DNA of 64,000 bases from Candidatus Krumholzibacteriia bacterium (lineage in GTDB: Bacteria > Krumholzibacteriota > Krumholzibacteriia > LZORAL124-64-63): NCBI GenBank assembly GCA_050174015.1, contig JBFXKG010000003.1:64001-128000 (forward strand), read 5' to 3'. Shown piece by piece: positions 50,598-59,814 of the stretch (its first letter is position 1; each line of letters begins with the position of its first letter). Below the pieces are notes generated by a model that did not search any database, was not told the origin of the DNA, and saw only the letters and a list, made by a program, of their open reading frames with translations. A program made the position numbers and the translations under genes.

Positions 50598-51365
50598 ATG
50601 AACAGCGATCATGGAAGGCTGCGCCGGCTGGTTCTGGGTTGCGAGGATCTGGAGGGCTCCCAGAGGGAGGAGGCCCTCGCTCACCTTGCGGAATGCCCGG
50701 ATTGCCGCCGGCTCCGCGAGCAGGTGCTGGCCGCCGAGGCTGTCATCCGTTCGGTGGAGCGCCTGCCGGAGGCCGAGCCCGCTCCGGACCCCGCGGCGAA
50801 AGCCAGCCTCGAGGCTCTGCTGGGGGCGGTGTCCGGGTCCCGGTTCACCGCCACCAGGGTGGTTCCCCTGGCATTGGCGGCCGCGCTTGCCCTGGTGGCC
50901 CTGGCGCCCCTGCTGGGACCGTCCAGCCCGGTGCGCGATCTCCAGGTGGGTTCGCCCCTGGTGCTCCGGGGGGATTCCGGCGCGGCGGCTGACCTGAGGC
51001 ACGGCGTGAGCTTCCGGCTGAACGAGGCCGGGTACCCCGTGTTGATCCACGTGGACGGCGCGGGGGATGCCCGCCTCCTCCATCCCCGGCAAGGGGAGGC
51101 GCCGGCCCTGTATCCCGAAGGTGAACTGGTCTTCCTGCCGCGGCCGGGGGCGGCCGGGGACTGGCGGGAGAATCTTGCGCCCGGCTGCGAAACCTACGTC
51201 CTGGCGGTGATCGCGGCGGATGAGCCGCCGGAAGCGCAGTCCCTGGAGTCCTTCATCCTCAAGGCGTCCCCGGGTCCGCGCCGGGACGCGGTCGGGGACC
51301 TGCGCCGCCGCCTGAAGGACGTCTTCGGCAACGCCGCCGTCCGGGACGACCCGGATTGCCCCTGA
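50598..51365 (+). CDS. Zinc-binding (ZAS/zf-HC2) anti-sigma factor with TM helix and DUF4384-like extracytoplasmic domain
   Basis: HLAECPDC (HxxxCxxC), TM segment, 'DGAGDARLLHP' and 'GCETYVLAVIA'. Confidence 0.75.
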   Translation: MNSDHGRLRRLVLGCEDLEGSQREEALAHLAECPDCRRLREQVLAAEAVIRSVERLPEAEPAPDPAAKASLEALLGAVSGSRFTATRVVPLALAAALALVALAPLLGPSSPVRDLQVGSPLVLRGDSGAAADLRHGVSFRLNEAGYPVLIHVDGAGDARLLHPRQGEAPALYPEGELVFLPRPGAAGDWRENLAPGCETYVLAVIAADEPPEAQSLESFILKASPGPRRDAVGDLRRRLKDVFGNAAVRDDPDCP

Positions 51366-51469
51366 GGATCCCATCCCCTGGTTGAAATCCCGTTCTCCAT
51401 CCCTCGTTTCATGCTATGATCGGGGCTGTTCATCCGGGTCGAGAGGCGTCTCACCGAGGTCCAGCACCC

Positions 51470-54190
51470 ATGCGTCGGCCGGTTTGCCTGGTCCTGCTCC
51501 TCACCCTCGCCTTGACCGGTTCCGCCTTCGCCGTTCCGGCGGACACCGGCTCCCGCCTCGTTGAGCTGCGGGCCCGGGCCCTCCCCGATTCCGTCGAGAT
51601 CCTGGTCGCAGGGCTGTTGCCCGCCGCGCTGGCGGATGCCGATTCGGCCGCCTGCCGCCTCCTCTACCTGGAACGGGGCAAGACCCGGGTGGCGTACGGC
51701 AATCCCGCGACCGGCGAGACCGATCTGGTGGAAGCCCTGGCCCTGGCCGACGCCGCAGGCGAGGGGGGCGCGGGGCGGGAGGCGTTGCGCTACCTCGCGG
51801 AGGCCAGCCAGCAGCTCGGACGCCGGGACGAGGCCGCGGCGCGGTTCTCCGAACTGGAACGGCGGGCCCGGACGGCGGCCGACGACTTCCACACGGGGAA
51901 GGCCCTGTACGGGCTCGGCCGGCTGCAGTTCCGGCTGCGCGATCTTGCCGGGGCGGATTCCCTCTACTCACTGGCCTTGCCGTTCCTGGAGGCGTCGGGC
52001 GATTCGGCGGACCTGGCCCCGGTCTACAACGGCCTGGGCAACTGCCGGGTCGGGCGCGGCGCCTTCCGCGAAGCCCGGCTGATGTTCTCGCTGGCCGCCC
52101 GCATGGCCAGGGCAGGCGGGTCCCTTTCCCTGGAGGCCATGGCGACCAACAACCTCGCGGGCATCGAGATGACCCTGGGCGATCCGGCCGCCGCGGTGTC
52201 CGGATACCGCCGATCCCGCGACCTCCAGCGTGAACGCGGGCTGTGGCAACAGGTGGGTCCCCCCTGGCGCAACCTGGCCCTGGCCCTGATGGACATGGGC
52301 CGCTGGGACGAGGCGCGGGCCGAACTGGAGGAGTGCCTCGGTTTCTGCCGTGAGCGGGGGTTCGCCGACCAGGTTGCGGTCACGTCCATCCGCCTGGCGG
52401 AGGTGGACCTTGGTGCGGGCAGGCCGGATGAGGCCCTGATCCGCTGCCGGGAGTTGCTGGCTGATCCCGACACCCCCTTCGAGGTCGGGTGCAACGCGGG
52501 GATGCGGGGGGCCGAGGCCCTGCTGCGGCTCGGCCGCCCGGAAGAGGCCCTGGCCGAACTCGACGCCGTTGCGGCGAGGCTCCAGCAGGGGCGGGACTTC
52601 ACCCTGGAGATCATGCTGGCGATCGACCGGGGCCGCGTGCTGCGGGCCCTCGGCCGCCATGCGGAGGCGGTGGCCGTCCTGAGGGACGCCAGGGTCCAGG
52701 CGGCGGAGACCGGAGTCGCGGGCTACCGGCTGCTGCTGGTGACCGATGCGGCGGAATCCTGGTTCGCGCTCGGCGAGCGGGATTCGACGCGGGTCCTGCT
52801 GGCCGCAGCCGAAGATCTCTGGGAGCAGGACCGGGCCCTGCCCACCGATCCCCAGTGGCGGGAGCGGCGCGGAGCCGAGGCCCAGAAGCTTTTCGGGATC
52901 ATGACGGCCTCGCTGCTCCAGGAAGGGGACATCGCGGGCGCGTTCGCGGCGGTCCAGCGCTACAAGGCCCGCACCCTGCTGGAGCGCATGCTCGGACCTG
53001 GCGATGCCTTGCCTCCGGCCACGGACGTCCCGCCCCCGGTGTCCCTGGCCCGCCTTCGCGGGGAGGTCCTGGGGCCGGGGGAAATCCTGCTGGACGTCCT
53101 GGCGGGGACGGATCAGGGGCTGCTGTTCGCGGTGACCCGGGATACGTGCCTGGTGGTGGCGTTGCCCGGCGAGGACCGGTGGGAACAGGACCTGGCCCCT
53201 CTGCTCGCCTCGCTGGCCCATCCGTTCGGACCGTTCGACGGTGATGCGGGTGCGATCGTCGCATCACGGCTGGCCGGGCCGCCCGGCCAGGGGGTGGCGG
53301 AGGTGATCCGCACCGCCCGGACGATCTTCTTCAGCCCCGACGGGGGGCTGCACCGGCTGCCTCTGACCACGATCTTTCCGGAGGCCGACGTGCGCCGGCT
53401 GCCTTCGGCCACCATCCTCGCCCATCTGCGCGGGCGCGAGGCCGTTCCCGGGGATTCCGCCCGCATCCTCGCGATCGCCGGCCACGAGAACCCCGGGCGC
53501 CAGCGCCTGGCCGGAGCCGGCGCGGAGACGGCGTTCCTGGCCCGCAGGTTCGCCAACGTCACGGTTCCGGCGGGGGCCGGGGCCGATTCGGCCCTGTTCG
53601 GCGGGGAGGATCCGGGGAAGTTCGACCTGTTGCACCTGGCCTGCCACGGTGAGGTGGACCCGCAACGGCCCTGGAATTCGGCCCTGATGTTCGGGACGCC
53701 GGACGAACCGGTCGTCCTGCGGGCCGGCCGGATCGCGGGCCTGTCGCTGCAGGCGAAGCTCGCCGTCCTCTCCAGCTGCGAAAGCGCGGCGGGAGGGATC
53801 CTGGCGGGCGAGGGGATCCTGGGGCTGGGATCGGGATTCCTGGCGGCCGGGGTCCCGGCGGTGGTGGCCACCCTCTGGCCCGTGGATGACCAGGCCACGT
53901 CGCGTTTCTGCGAGGCGTTCTACGGGTCCCTGGCCAGCCAGGGCGTTCCCGCCCGGGCCCTGATCGAGGCCAGGTCGGCGCTCAGGAACGATCAGGCAAC
54001 CGCCCATCCCTTCTACTGGGCGGGATTCGTGCTGGTGGGGGATGGGGACGCCCCCGTCCGGATCGCCGGCCGTATGCCGACCCTCCTGCCCTTGTTGGGG
54101 CTGGCGGGGATCGCAACGGTCGGAGCCGCCGCGGGCTGGTCGTCGGTGCGGCGGAAGCGGAGGCCCGGCCGGGGGGCAGACGGCCCATGA
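51470..54190 (+). CDS. Exported TPR-CHAT (caspase-like) protease with C-terminal membrane anchor
   Basis: Signal peptide; TPRs; SPDGGLHRLP, HLACHG (His), LSSCES (Cys), TLWPVDD, HPFYWAGF; TM plus RRKRR. Confidence 0.9.
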   Translation: MRRPVCLVLLLTLALTGSAFAVPADTGSRLVELRARALPDSVEILVAGLLPAALADADSAACRLLYLERGKTRVAYGNPATGETDLVEALALADAAGEGGAGREALRYLAEASQQLGRRDEAAARFSELERRARTAADDFHTGKALYGLGRLQFRLRDLAGADSLYSLALPFLEASGDSADLAPVYNGLGNCRVGRGAFREARLMFSLAARMARAGGSLSLEAMATNNLAGIEMTLGDPAAAVSGYRRSRDLQRERGLWQQVGPPWRNLALALMDMGRWDEARAELEECLGFCRERGFADQVAVTSIRLAEVDLGAGRPDEALIRCRELLADPDTPFEVGCNAGMRGAEALLRLGRPEEALAELDAVAARLQQGRDFTLEIMLAIDRGRVLRALGRHAEAVAVLRDARVQAAETGVAGYRLLLVTDAAESWFALGERDSTRVLLAAAEDLWEQDRALPTDPQWRERRGAEAQKLFGIMTASLLQEGDIAGAFAAVQRYKARTLLERMLGPGDALPPATDVPPPVSLARLRGEVLGPGEILLDVLAGTDQGLLFAVTRDTCLVVALPGEDRWEQDLAPLLASLAHPFGPFDGDAGAIVASRLAGPPGQGVAEVIRTARTIFFSPDGGLHRLPLTTIFPEADVRRLPSATILAHLRGREAVPGDSARILAIAGHENPGRQRLAGAGAETAFLARRFANVTVPAGAGADSALFGGEDPGKFDLLHLACHGEVDPQRPWNSALMFGTPDEPVVLRAGRIAGLSLQAKLAVLSSCESAAGGILAGEGILGLGSGFLAAGVPAVVATLWPVDDQATSRFCEAFYGSLASQGVPARALIEARSALRNDQATAHPFYWAGFVLVGDGDAPVRIAGRMPTLLPLLGLAGIATVGAAAGWSSVRRKRRPGRGADGP

Positions 54191-54203
54191 AAATCAAGCC
54201 AGG

Positions 54204-54232
54204 ATGAAACTTGTTGAATTCCTCGATTCGTT
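54204..54232 (+). promoter_or_regulatory. Putative ECF promoter before the metalloprotease operon
   Basis: ATGAAACT-N17-CGTT, about 40 nt upstream of ATG 54274. Confidence 0.5.
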
Positions 54233-54273
54233 TTTGGTGTGAACCCGGTCACCCCTTCATCAGGAGACGCACC

Positions 54274-54684
54274 ATGAATCCCCGAAAGCTCTTGTCCTCG
54301 TGGCTGTTGATCACGGCCCTGTGCCTGGCGGGCTTCCCCGCCGGGGCCGAGTCCCCGCCCCCCCTGTCCCGGATCGTCGCAGCAGTCGAGCAGGCCGAGA
54401 CGGCCGAACTCGCGAGGCTGGATGCGGCCATCGCGGCGTCCGTCGACCGGGTGGAGATCCTCGATCTCCAGCGTTGCGCCGCTTACGTCAAGCTGGCCGG
54501 TCGCCTGGCGATTTGCGAGGGGCGGCTGGGGCGCGCCGGCGACGAGGGGGAGAAGGAACGGCTGGCCGGGACGGCCGCCAGGCTTCGCGCGGATCTGGAC
54601 AGGCAGGAGTTCGACCTGCCGGCCGGGTACCGGTACGATCCCCTGGCCCTCCTGAAGCAGGAGGTGCAGCCATGCGCCGAGTGA
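54274..54684 (+). CDS. Small secreted helical hypothetical protein
   Basis: CAGGAG RBS, signal peptide, overlaps the next gene by 13 nt. Confidence 0.65.
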   Translation: MNPRKLLSSWLLITALCLAGFPAGAESPPPLSRIVAAVEQAETAELARLDAAIAASVDRVEILDLQRCAAYVKLAGRLAICEGRLGRAGDEGEKERLAGTAARLRADLDRQEFDLPAGYRYDPLALLKQEVQPCAE

Positions 54685-57600
54685 TCGTCCTGATCCTGCT
54701 GGCCCTCCTGGCGGCTGCAGTTCCCGCGGAGGCCACGGTCTCCCGCAACCCGATCAAGTTCCGGCTGGAGCGTCCCGAGCGGCTGCCCACCGCCGGCCGC
54801 GAATTCACGGTGACCCTGGTGGTCGAGGCCGGCCGAGCCGTCGAGGTCAGCGGCCTTCAACTTTCCGGGTCCGGCTGGGGCGCCATCCGCGTGGACGGCC
54901 CCGACGCCTTCGCGCTGGAGGCGGGAGAGTCCCGGCGCCTGGCCGTGCAGGCCGTGCCCAGGGAGGGATTCGGCAAGCTGGCGGTGACCGCCGAGGTCGA
55001 AGGCCGCACGGTGAAGAAGGCGTTCGACTTGTCGCGCGAGGCCTACGGCGGCATCCTGCCCAGCGACAGCGACCTGCTTCCGCCGCGCCGCCTGCTGCCC
55101 GCCGGCGGCGAGAAGTTCAAGACGGAGCCGAGCCTGACCCTGGCCGAGATGACCGGGATGGCGGTGGATGAATCCGCGCCGTCGGACGCCGGGGACAAGG
55201 CGTATCCCTGCACCGTCACCGGCAACCTCTGCTACTGGCACGGGACGCAGAACCGCTGGCTGCCCGCCTCGTTCGCCACGGTCTGGGTCTGGGTGTATCC
55301 CCCGACCGGCTTCTACTACTCGGTCGGGACCCAGAAGCTGGACGAGACCGGGGTCTTCTCCATCCAGATCCCCGACGGGGTGACCATCGCGCTGGCCTTC
55401 GCCGCCTCGAGCAACGCCGTGGTGGTCCAGGAGGACAACTTCGCCGAGGACAACTACGTCTGGACGACCGCCAGGGTGGACATCCCCGTGGGGATGACGC
55501 ATTACGACGCCGGGCCGATCTACCCAAGCCACCATCACGGCGCCCTGCACATCGTCGCGGACGTCACGTACGCCCACAACCAGTACCGGGATCTGGGCAT
55601 GGACCTGACCAAGATCGACGCCCAGTGGCCCGATGACGACGGCAGCTTCTACAACGACTACTTCGAGGAACTCCATTACGACCGTGGGGACGAATGGCAC
55701 GACGGGACGATCTGCCACGAGTACGGGCACTACTGGCATCACCAGTACGCCCACGAGGTCACGCACGACTACTGCAACGGGATCTGCGACGACGGCGACG
55801 ATTGCGGCCATTGTCTCTGGTGCCCCGAGGAGGACGAGGTCGCCTGGATCGAGGGCTGCGCCCAGATCCTCAGCCGCCTGTCCACGGACTACATCGAGGA
55901 CCGCGCTCTCTGGAAAGTGGTCCACTACGACATGGAGTCGGTCAATGACGATCCGAACTGCCCCTGGGACCCCTGGTACATCGAGAACGTGGTCGCGGGC
56001 GCGGCGTGGGACGTGATCGACAACGACCGGGGCACCGAGACCGACGCATTCGGGATCGACGCGCTCGGCACGGTGCTCTACGATCAGCTGGATCTCGATA
56101 CGATCGACATCCTCCGCATCATGACCGACAGCTGCGCCGTCGAAGGTCACCAGCCCTACCGGTGGCCGGGCCTGTTCCGCTGCGCGGCGGAGTACATCGA
56201 CGACCTCGGCCGGCCCGACGCCACCCGGGCGATGCTGTGGGAGACGCTCAAGAACTGGGACCTGGACATCGACGACCAGTCCCCGGGCGCCCCGCAGAAC
56301 CTGACCACGAGCTTCCCCATCAACACGCCCACGACCATCGCCCTGGGCGGATTCTACTGGGAGCCGGCGCCGGACGACATGTCGGGCGCAGGCGGCTACA
56401 GCGTCAGCCTGACCCAGAACGCTCCCGTCCTGCCGGATCACGTGGTGGACACGACCAAGCTCTGGTGGTGGCCGGACGATCCCCTGGCGCCCGGCACGTG
56501 GTACTTCACCGTCGTCGCCGTGGACCGGACGGGGAAGTGGAGCGGGGACTTCGCATCCTACGGCCCCATCATCATCGCGCCGCAGGGTCCGGCCGACCTC
56601 GAGCCGTACACGTACTCGGGCTGGACGGCGCCGGTCGTCCTGCGCAGCACCCTGGCCCCGGTCGCCCCCGATCCGGTCGTCCAGACCAACTTCATCCAGG
56701 GAAACAGCGTCTACTTCAACTGGGGGGCGATCAACACCGGCACCGGCTCCTCGGGCGTGTTCAAGGACGTGTTCTACGTGGACGGCGTCCCGGCCTACAC
56801 CTCCAACGGCCACTCGCTCAACATCGGGAACTCAAGCAGCTGGCGGAACCAGGGCCCGGTGGACCTGGGCGTGATCGGGCGGCACACCGTCTGGGTGGCG
56901 CTCGACGGGGAGGGCGTGGTCGCGGAATCGGACGAGGGCGACAACATGTACGCGAAGCAGTTCGTGTTCTCGGTCCCCGACCTGGATCTGGAGGAGACGA
57001 TCGTGCGTTCGGGAGGCCTGCCGGACGCCTATGCCGGAGCCGCCCACCTGTGGGGCGGGGGGACCTTCCATCCCAACTGCGACGGGTTCGATGTGGAACT
57101 CTGCCTGTTCCCGGAGGTTGTCTGGGCCGTGCCTCAGGATCCCAACGACGCCGTCGTCCTGCGCCTGCACACCGGCCAGACCGACCAGACGGGGTTCGGG
57201 GAGGATCTCGTCTCGTCGGCCAGCCTGCCCAACCGGGCGGCGGTCGTGATCCAGAATCCGGCTGAGACCATGATGACCGACTACGCCGTCAGCGTCATGG
57301 ACCAGGAGGATGCGGGCGCGGCCTACACCATCCACCGTGAACTGGGGCTGATGTTCGCCCTGCCGGACACCCTGCCCGGCGTGCTGGACGCGAACGATTG
57401 CCTCGACTTCTACTACACCTACAACGACCTCGGCCGGAACGCGTGGTTCTCGGTGAAGGTGGCCAACGGGGGCGGCAGCTCCCTCCGGATGCGCTTCTAC
57501 GATCCTGATTTCGCCATGGGCACCCTGGCCGATGCCGACCTGACTCTCACCTGTGCGGCCGAGGACACGGTCGTCCACAGCCTCCTCCTCGAACCCGGCA

Positions 57601-59132
57601 AGCTGGCCCTGACCGTGGTGGACCGGGATCCGCGCCTCTCCGGGACGAACAACTACAGCATCTTCGCCTACGAGGCGAAGCCGGACCTGGTCGCTTCCAC
57701 GCCGGCGGGATGGTTCGCCAACGTGGTGCCTCAGGTGGGCCTGCCCTATGCGGTGACCGATCCGATTCCCGCCCCGAACCGGCTTGCGGGCAACGCGGAC
57801 TCCACCGGCTTCTACTGGTCCCTGCTCAACGACAGCCCGGACGCGGGCATCCCCATCGGCCTGCAGCGGAGGGTGGAACTGGACGGGGCCTTCCTGTTCG
57901 GATCCATGTTCATCGATCCGCTGGCGCCGGGATACGAGGTCAAGATCGCCCAGAGCGGCCTGCGGAACGTGCGCGGCGGCCGGCACACCGTGGTCCACAA
58001 GATCAATCCGTCCCGCGGGATCGACGAGGACGACTACGCGAACAACCACCACGGACGGCAGTGGGTCTGGGAGCCGGGGGTGCTGGTGACCGGGACCGTC
58101 CACACCCTGGCCCTTCCGGCGGAGGCCTACAACGGACTGACCTATCTGACCGAGGGATCGGCCGCTCCCAACTGCGACGGGTACCGGTTCAACACCACGC
58201 TGACCATCAGGCAGGAGGCCCTGCTCGTCGCCTACGGCGGCGCCTCGGCCGCGGACGTCGATCTGGGCCTGTACGGGAGCGCGGACGTGCAGGACGGCTT
58301 CACCGAGCCGTCGGCCCTGTCCGGCTGGAGCGGGTCCGAGGGCGACTTCGTCCTTCGCTACATGCAGGGACCGGGCTCCTTCGCCAGCAACCTCGGCGTG
58401 ACGCGCGGTTACGGCCTGGGTGTGGGTTCGGTCACCCTGGGCGCGCGAACCGCGATCTCGTGGTGGAACTCCGCGCCCGGCACCTACCGGGACGGGGTCA
58501 TCGAGGCGGGCACCTTCGTGGACGACTTCATCCTGCCCCTGCAGCCGGGCCTCTACCGGTTCCGGCTGATCAGCCCCGACGCCCCGCTGGGGTTCTCCCT
58601 GCACGACGTGAGCGACGGCTACTCGTCCAAGTCCGAGTACGTGCCCGGCGCGATCGCCTGGCAGCTCGACGGAGCGCTCGGCGAGCCGGTCGACTTCGTG
58701 GTGCGGATTCCCGACCCGGCTCCCGCGCGCCTGGCCCTGGTGATCTGGCGCCGTGAGGCGTCCACCCACCCAACGGCCGCCTCCTGGAACGTCAGCATCG
58801 GGAACGACGTCACCGGTGTGGACGACGGCGACGGGACGGTGCCCCGGATCGCGGCCTCACGGCTGGTCGGGGCGGCTCCCAACCCGTTCAATCCCCGCAC
58901 CGAGATCGCCTTCGAGACCGCGACGGCCGGGAACTGCGCCCTGACCATCCACGACCTGCGCGGCCGGCTGGTGCGCAGGCTGGTGACCGGCGAGATGTCC
59001 GCCGGCAGGCACACCGTGGTCTGGGACGGTCTGGACGAGGCGGGACAGAGGACCCCCAGCGGGCTGTACGTGGCGAGGATGGTCACGGGGAGCGGGGAGA
59101 CGAGCCTGCTCAAGCTGACTCTCGTGAAGTGA
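54672..59132 (+). CDS. Large secreted zinc metalloprotease-like protein with CARDB-like domains and FlgD-Ig tail
   Basis: GGAGG RBS, signal peptide, 'ICHEYGHYWH' plus 'AWIEG' (gluzincin-like), PNPFNP tail. Confidence 0.8.
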   Translation: MRRVIVLILLALLAAAVPAEATVSRNPIKFRLERPERLPTAGREFTVTLVVEAGRAVEVSGLQLSGSGWGAIRVDGPDAFALEAGESRRLAVQAVPREGFGKLAVTAEVEGRTVKKAFDLSREAYGGILPSDSDLLPPRRLLPAGGEKFKTEPSLTLAEMTGMAVDESAPSDAGDKAYPCTVTGNLCYWHGTQNRWLPASFATVWVWVYPPTGFYYSVGTQKLDETGVFSIQIPDGVTIALAFAASSNAVVVQEDNFAEDNYVWTTARVDIPVGMTHYDAGPIYPSHHHGALHIVADVTYAHNQYRDLGMDLTKIDAQWPDDDGSFYNDYFEELHYDRGDEWHDGTICHEYGHYWHHQYAHEVTHDYCNGICDDGDDCGHCLWCPEEDEVAWIEGCAQILSRLSTDYIEDRALWKVVHYDMESVNDDPNCPWDPWYIENVVAGAAWDVIDNDRGTETDAFGIDALGTVLYDQLDLDTIDILRIMTDSCAVEGHQPYRWPGLFRCAAEYIDDLGRPDATRAMLWETLKNWDLDIDDQSPGAPQNLTTSFPINTPTTIALGGFYWEPAPDDMSGAGGYSVSLTQNAPVLPDHVVDTTKLWWWPDDPLAPGTWYFTVVAVDRTGKWSGDFASYGPIIIAPQGPADLEPYTYSGWTAPVVLRSTLAPVAPDPVVQTNFIQGNSVYFNWGAINTGTGSSGVFKDVFYVDGVPAYTSNGHSLNIGNSSSWRNQGPVDLGVIGRHTVWVALDGEGVVAESDEGDNMYAKQFVFSVPDLDLEETIVRSGGLPDAYAGAAHLWGGGTFHPNCDGFDVELCLFPEVVWAVPQDPNDAVVLRLHTGQTDQTGFGEDLVSSASLPNRAAVVIQNPAETMMTDYAVSVMDQEDAGAAYTIHRELGLMFALPDTLPGVLDANDCLDFYYTYNDLGRNAWFSVKVANGGGSSLRMRFYDPDFAMGTLADADLTLTCAAEDTVVHSLLLEPGKLALTVVDRDPRLSGTNNYSIFAYEAKPDLVASTPAGWFANVVPQVGLPYAVTDPIPAPNRLAGNADSTGFYWSLLNDSPDAGIPIGLQRRVELDGAFLFGSMFIDPLAPGYEVKIAQSGLRNVRGGRHTVVHKINPSRGIDEDDYANNHHGRQWVWEPGVLVTGTVHTLALPAEAYNGLTYLTEGSAAPNCDGYRFNTTLTIRQEALLVAYGGASAADVDLGLYGSADVQDGFTEPSALSGWSGSEGDFVLRYMQGPGSFASNLGVTRGYGLGVGSVTLGARTAISWWNSAPGTYRDGVIEAGTFVDDFILPLQPGLYRFRLISPDAPLGFSLHDVSDGYSSKSEYVPGAIAWQLDGALGEPVDFVVRIPDPAPARLALVIWRREASTHPTAASWNVSIGNDVTGVDDGDGTVPRIAASRLVGAAPNPFNPRTEIAFETATAGNCALTIHDLRGRLVRRLVTGEMSAGRHTVVWDGLDEAGQRTPSGLYVARMVTGSGETSLLKLTLVK

Positions 59133-59156
59133 TCGAGTCTCATTTCAGGTATCTTC

Positions 59157-59201
59157 GACCGGTCGCCGGGCCAGGAGGTTCGGCGACCGGTCACTTTCAT
59201 T
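59157..59201 (+). terminator. Intrinsic terminator
   Basis: GACCGGTCGCCGGGCC-AGGA-GGTTCGGCGACCGGTC then ACTTTCATTT. Confidence 0.75.
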
Positions 59202-59270
59202 TCGACTTCCCGGTCCGCGGCTGAAGACGGTGCGAAACGGTTTCCGGGCAAGGGAACGGTAACCGCCCAA

Positions 59271-59302
59271 ATACTTGACAAAAATTGTAATCTTTTTAGC
59301 TT
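59271..59302 (+). promoter_or_regulatory. Sigma-70 promoter (TTGACA-N16-TAGCTT) overlapped by an IscR/Rrf2-like site
   Basis: ATACTTGACAAAAATTGTAATCTTT resembles the IscR type-1 consensus ATASYYGACTRWWWYAGTCRRSTAT. Confidence 0.5.
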
Positions 59303-59362
59303 TGACCCTGACGAAGCCCCCAGGGGGGACAGCCAGTGGATTCAAACAGGGAGAAACCCCTC

Positions 59363-59782
59363 ATGCCATACCCCGAGCAGATGGTGGCCCCCATGCGGGC
59401 CGAGCTGACCTCCAGCGGCGTCCAGGAACTCCGCACGGCTGCCGAGGTCGACGATTTCTTCGCGCAGACCCAGGGTACCGCCCTGCTGCTGATCAATTCG
59501 GTGTGCGGATGCGCGGCCGGCAGCGCCCGCCCCGCCGTCCTGAAGGCCATGGAGCACGCGACGCGGCCGGACCGCTTCGCCACCGTCTTCGCCGGCCAGG
59601 ATCTGGAGGCGACGCAGCGCGCCCGCGAACTCATCGGGGACGTGCCGCCGAGCAGTCCCTCGGTGGCGGTGATGAAGGACGGCGAGCTCGTGCACTTCGT
59701 GCCGCGGCACCTGATCGAGGGCCGGTCCGCCGAGGACGTCGCCCGCGATCTGGCCGCGGCCTTCGACGACGTCTGCAACTGA
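59363..59782 (+). CDS. BrxA/BrxB-family bacilliredoxin
   Basis: 'PMRAELT', 'INSVCGCAAGSARP', 'TVFAGQD', 'PPSSPS', 'RHLIEGR'. Confidence 0.9.
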   Translation: MPYPEQMVAPMRAELTSSGVQELRTAAEVDDFFAQTQGTALLLINSVCGCAAGSARPAVLKAMEHATRPDRFATVFAGQDLEATQRARELIGDVPPSSPSVAVMKDGELVHFVPRHLIEGRSAEDVARDLAAAFDDVCN

Positions 59783-59814
59783 TCCCCGGCCGGATCCGGA
59801 GTGAAGGAAGAACC

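Noticed and set aside
49931..54190. CRISPR type III-E (Craspase) locus
   Set aside because: No cas genes or repeat-spacer array in the window, and the CHAT protein appears to be exported.
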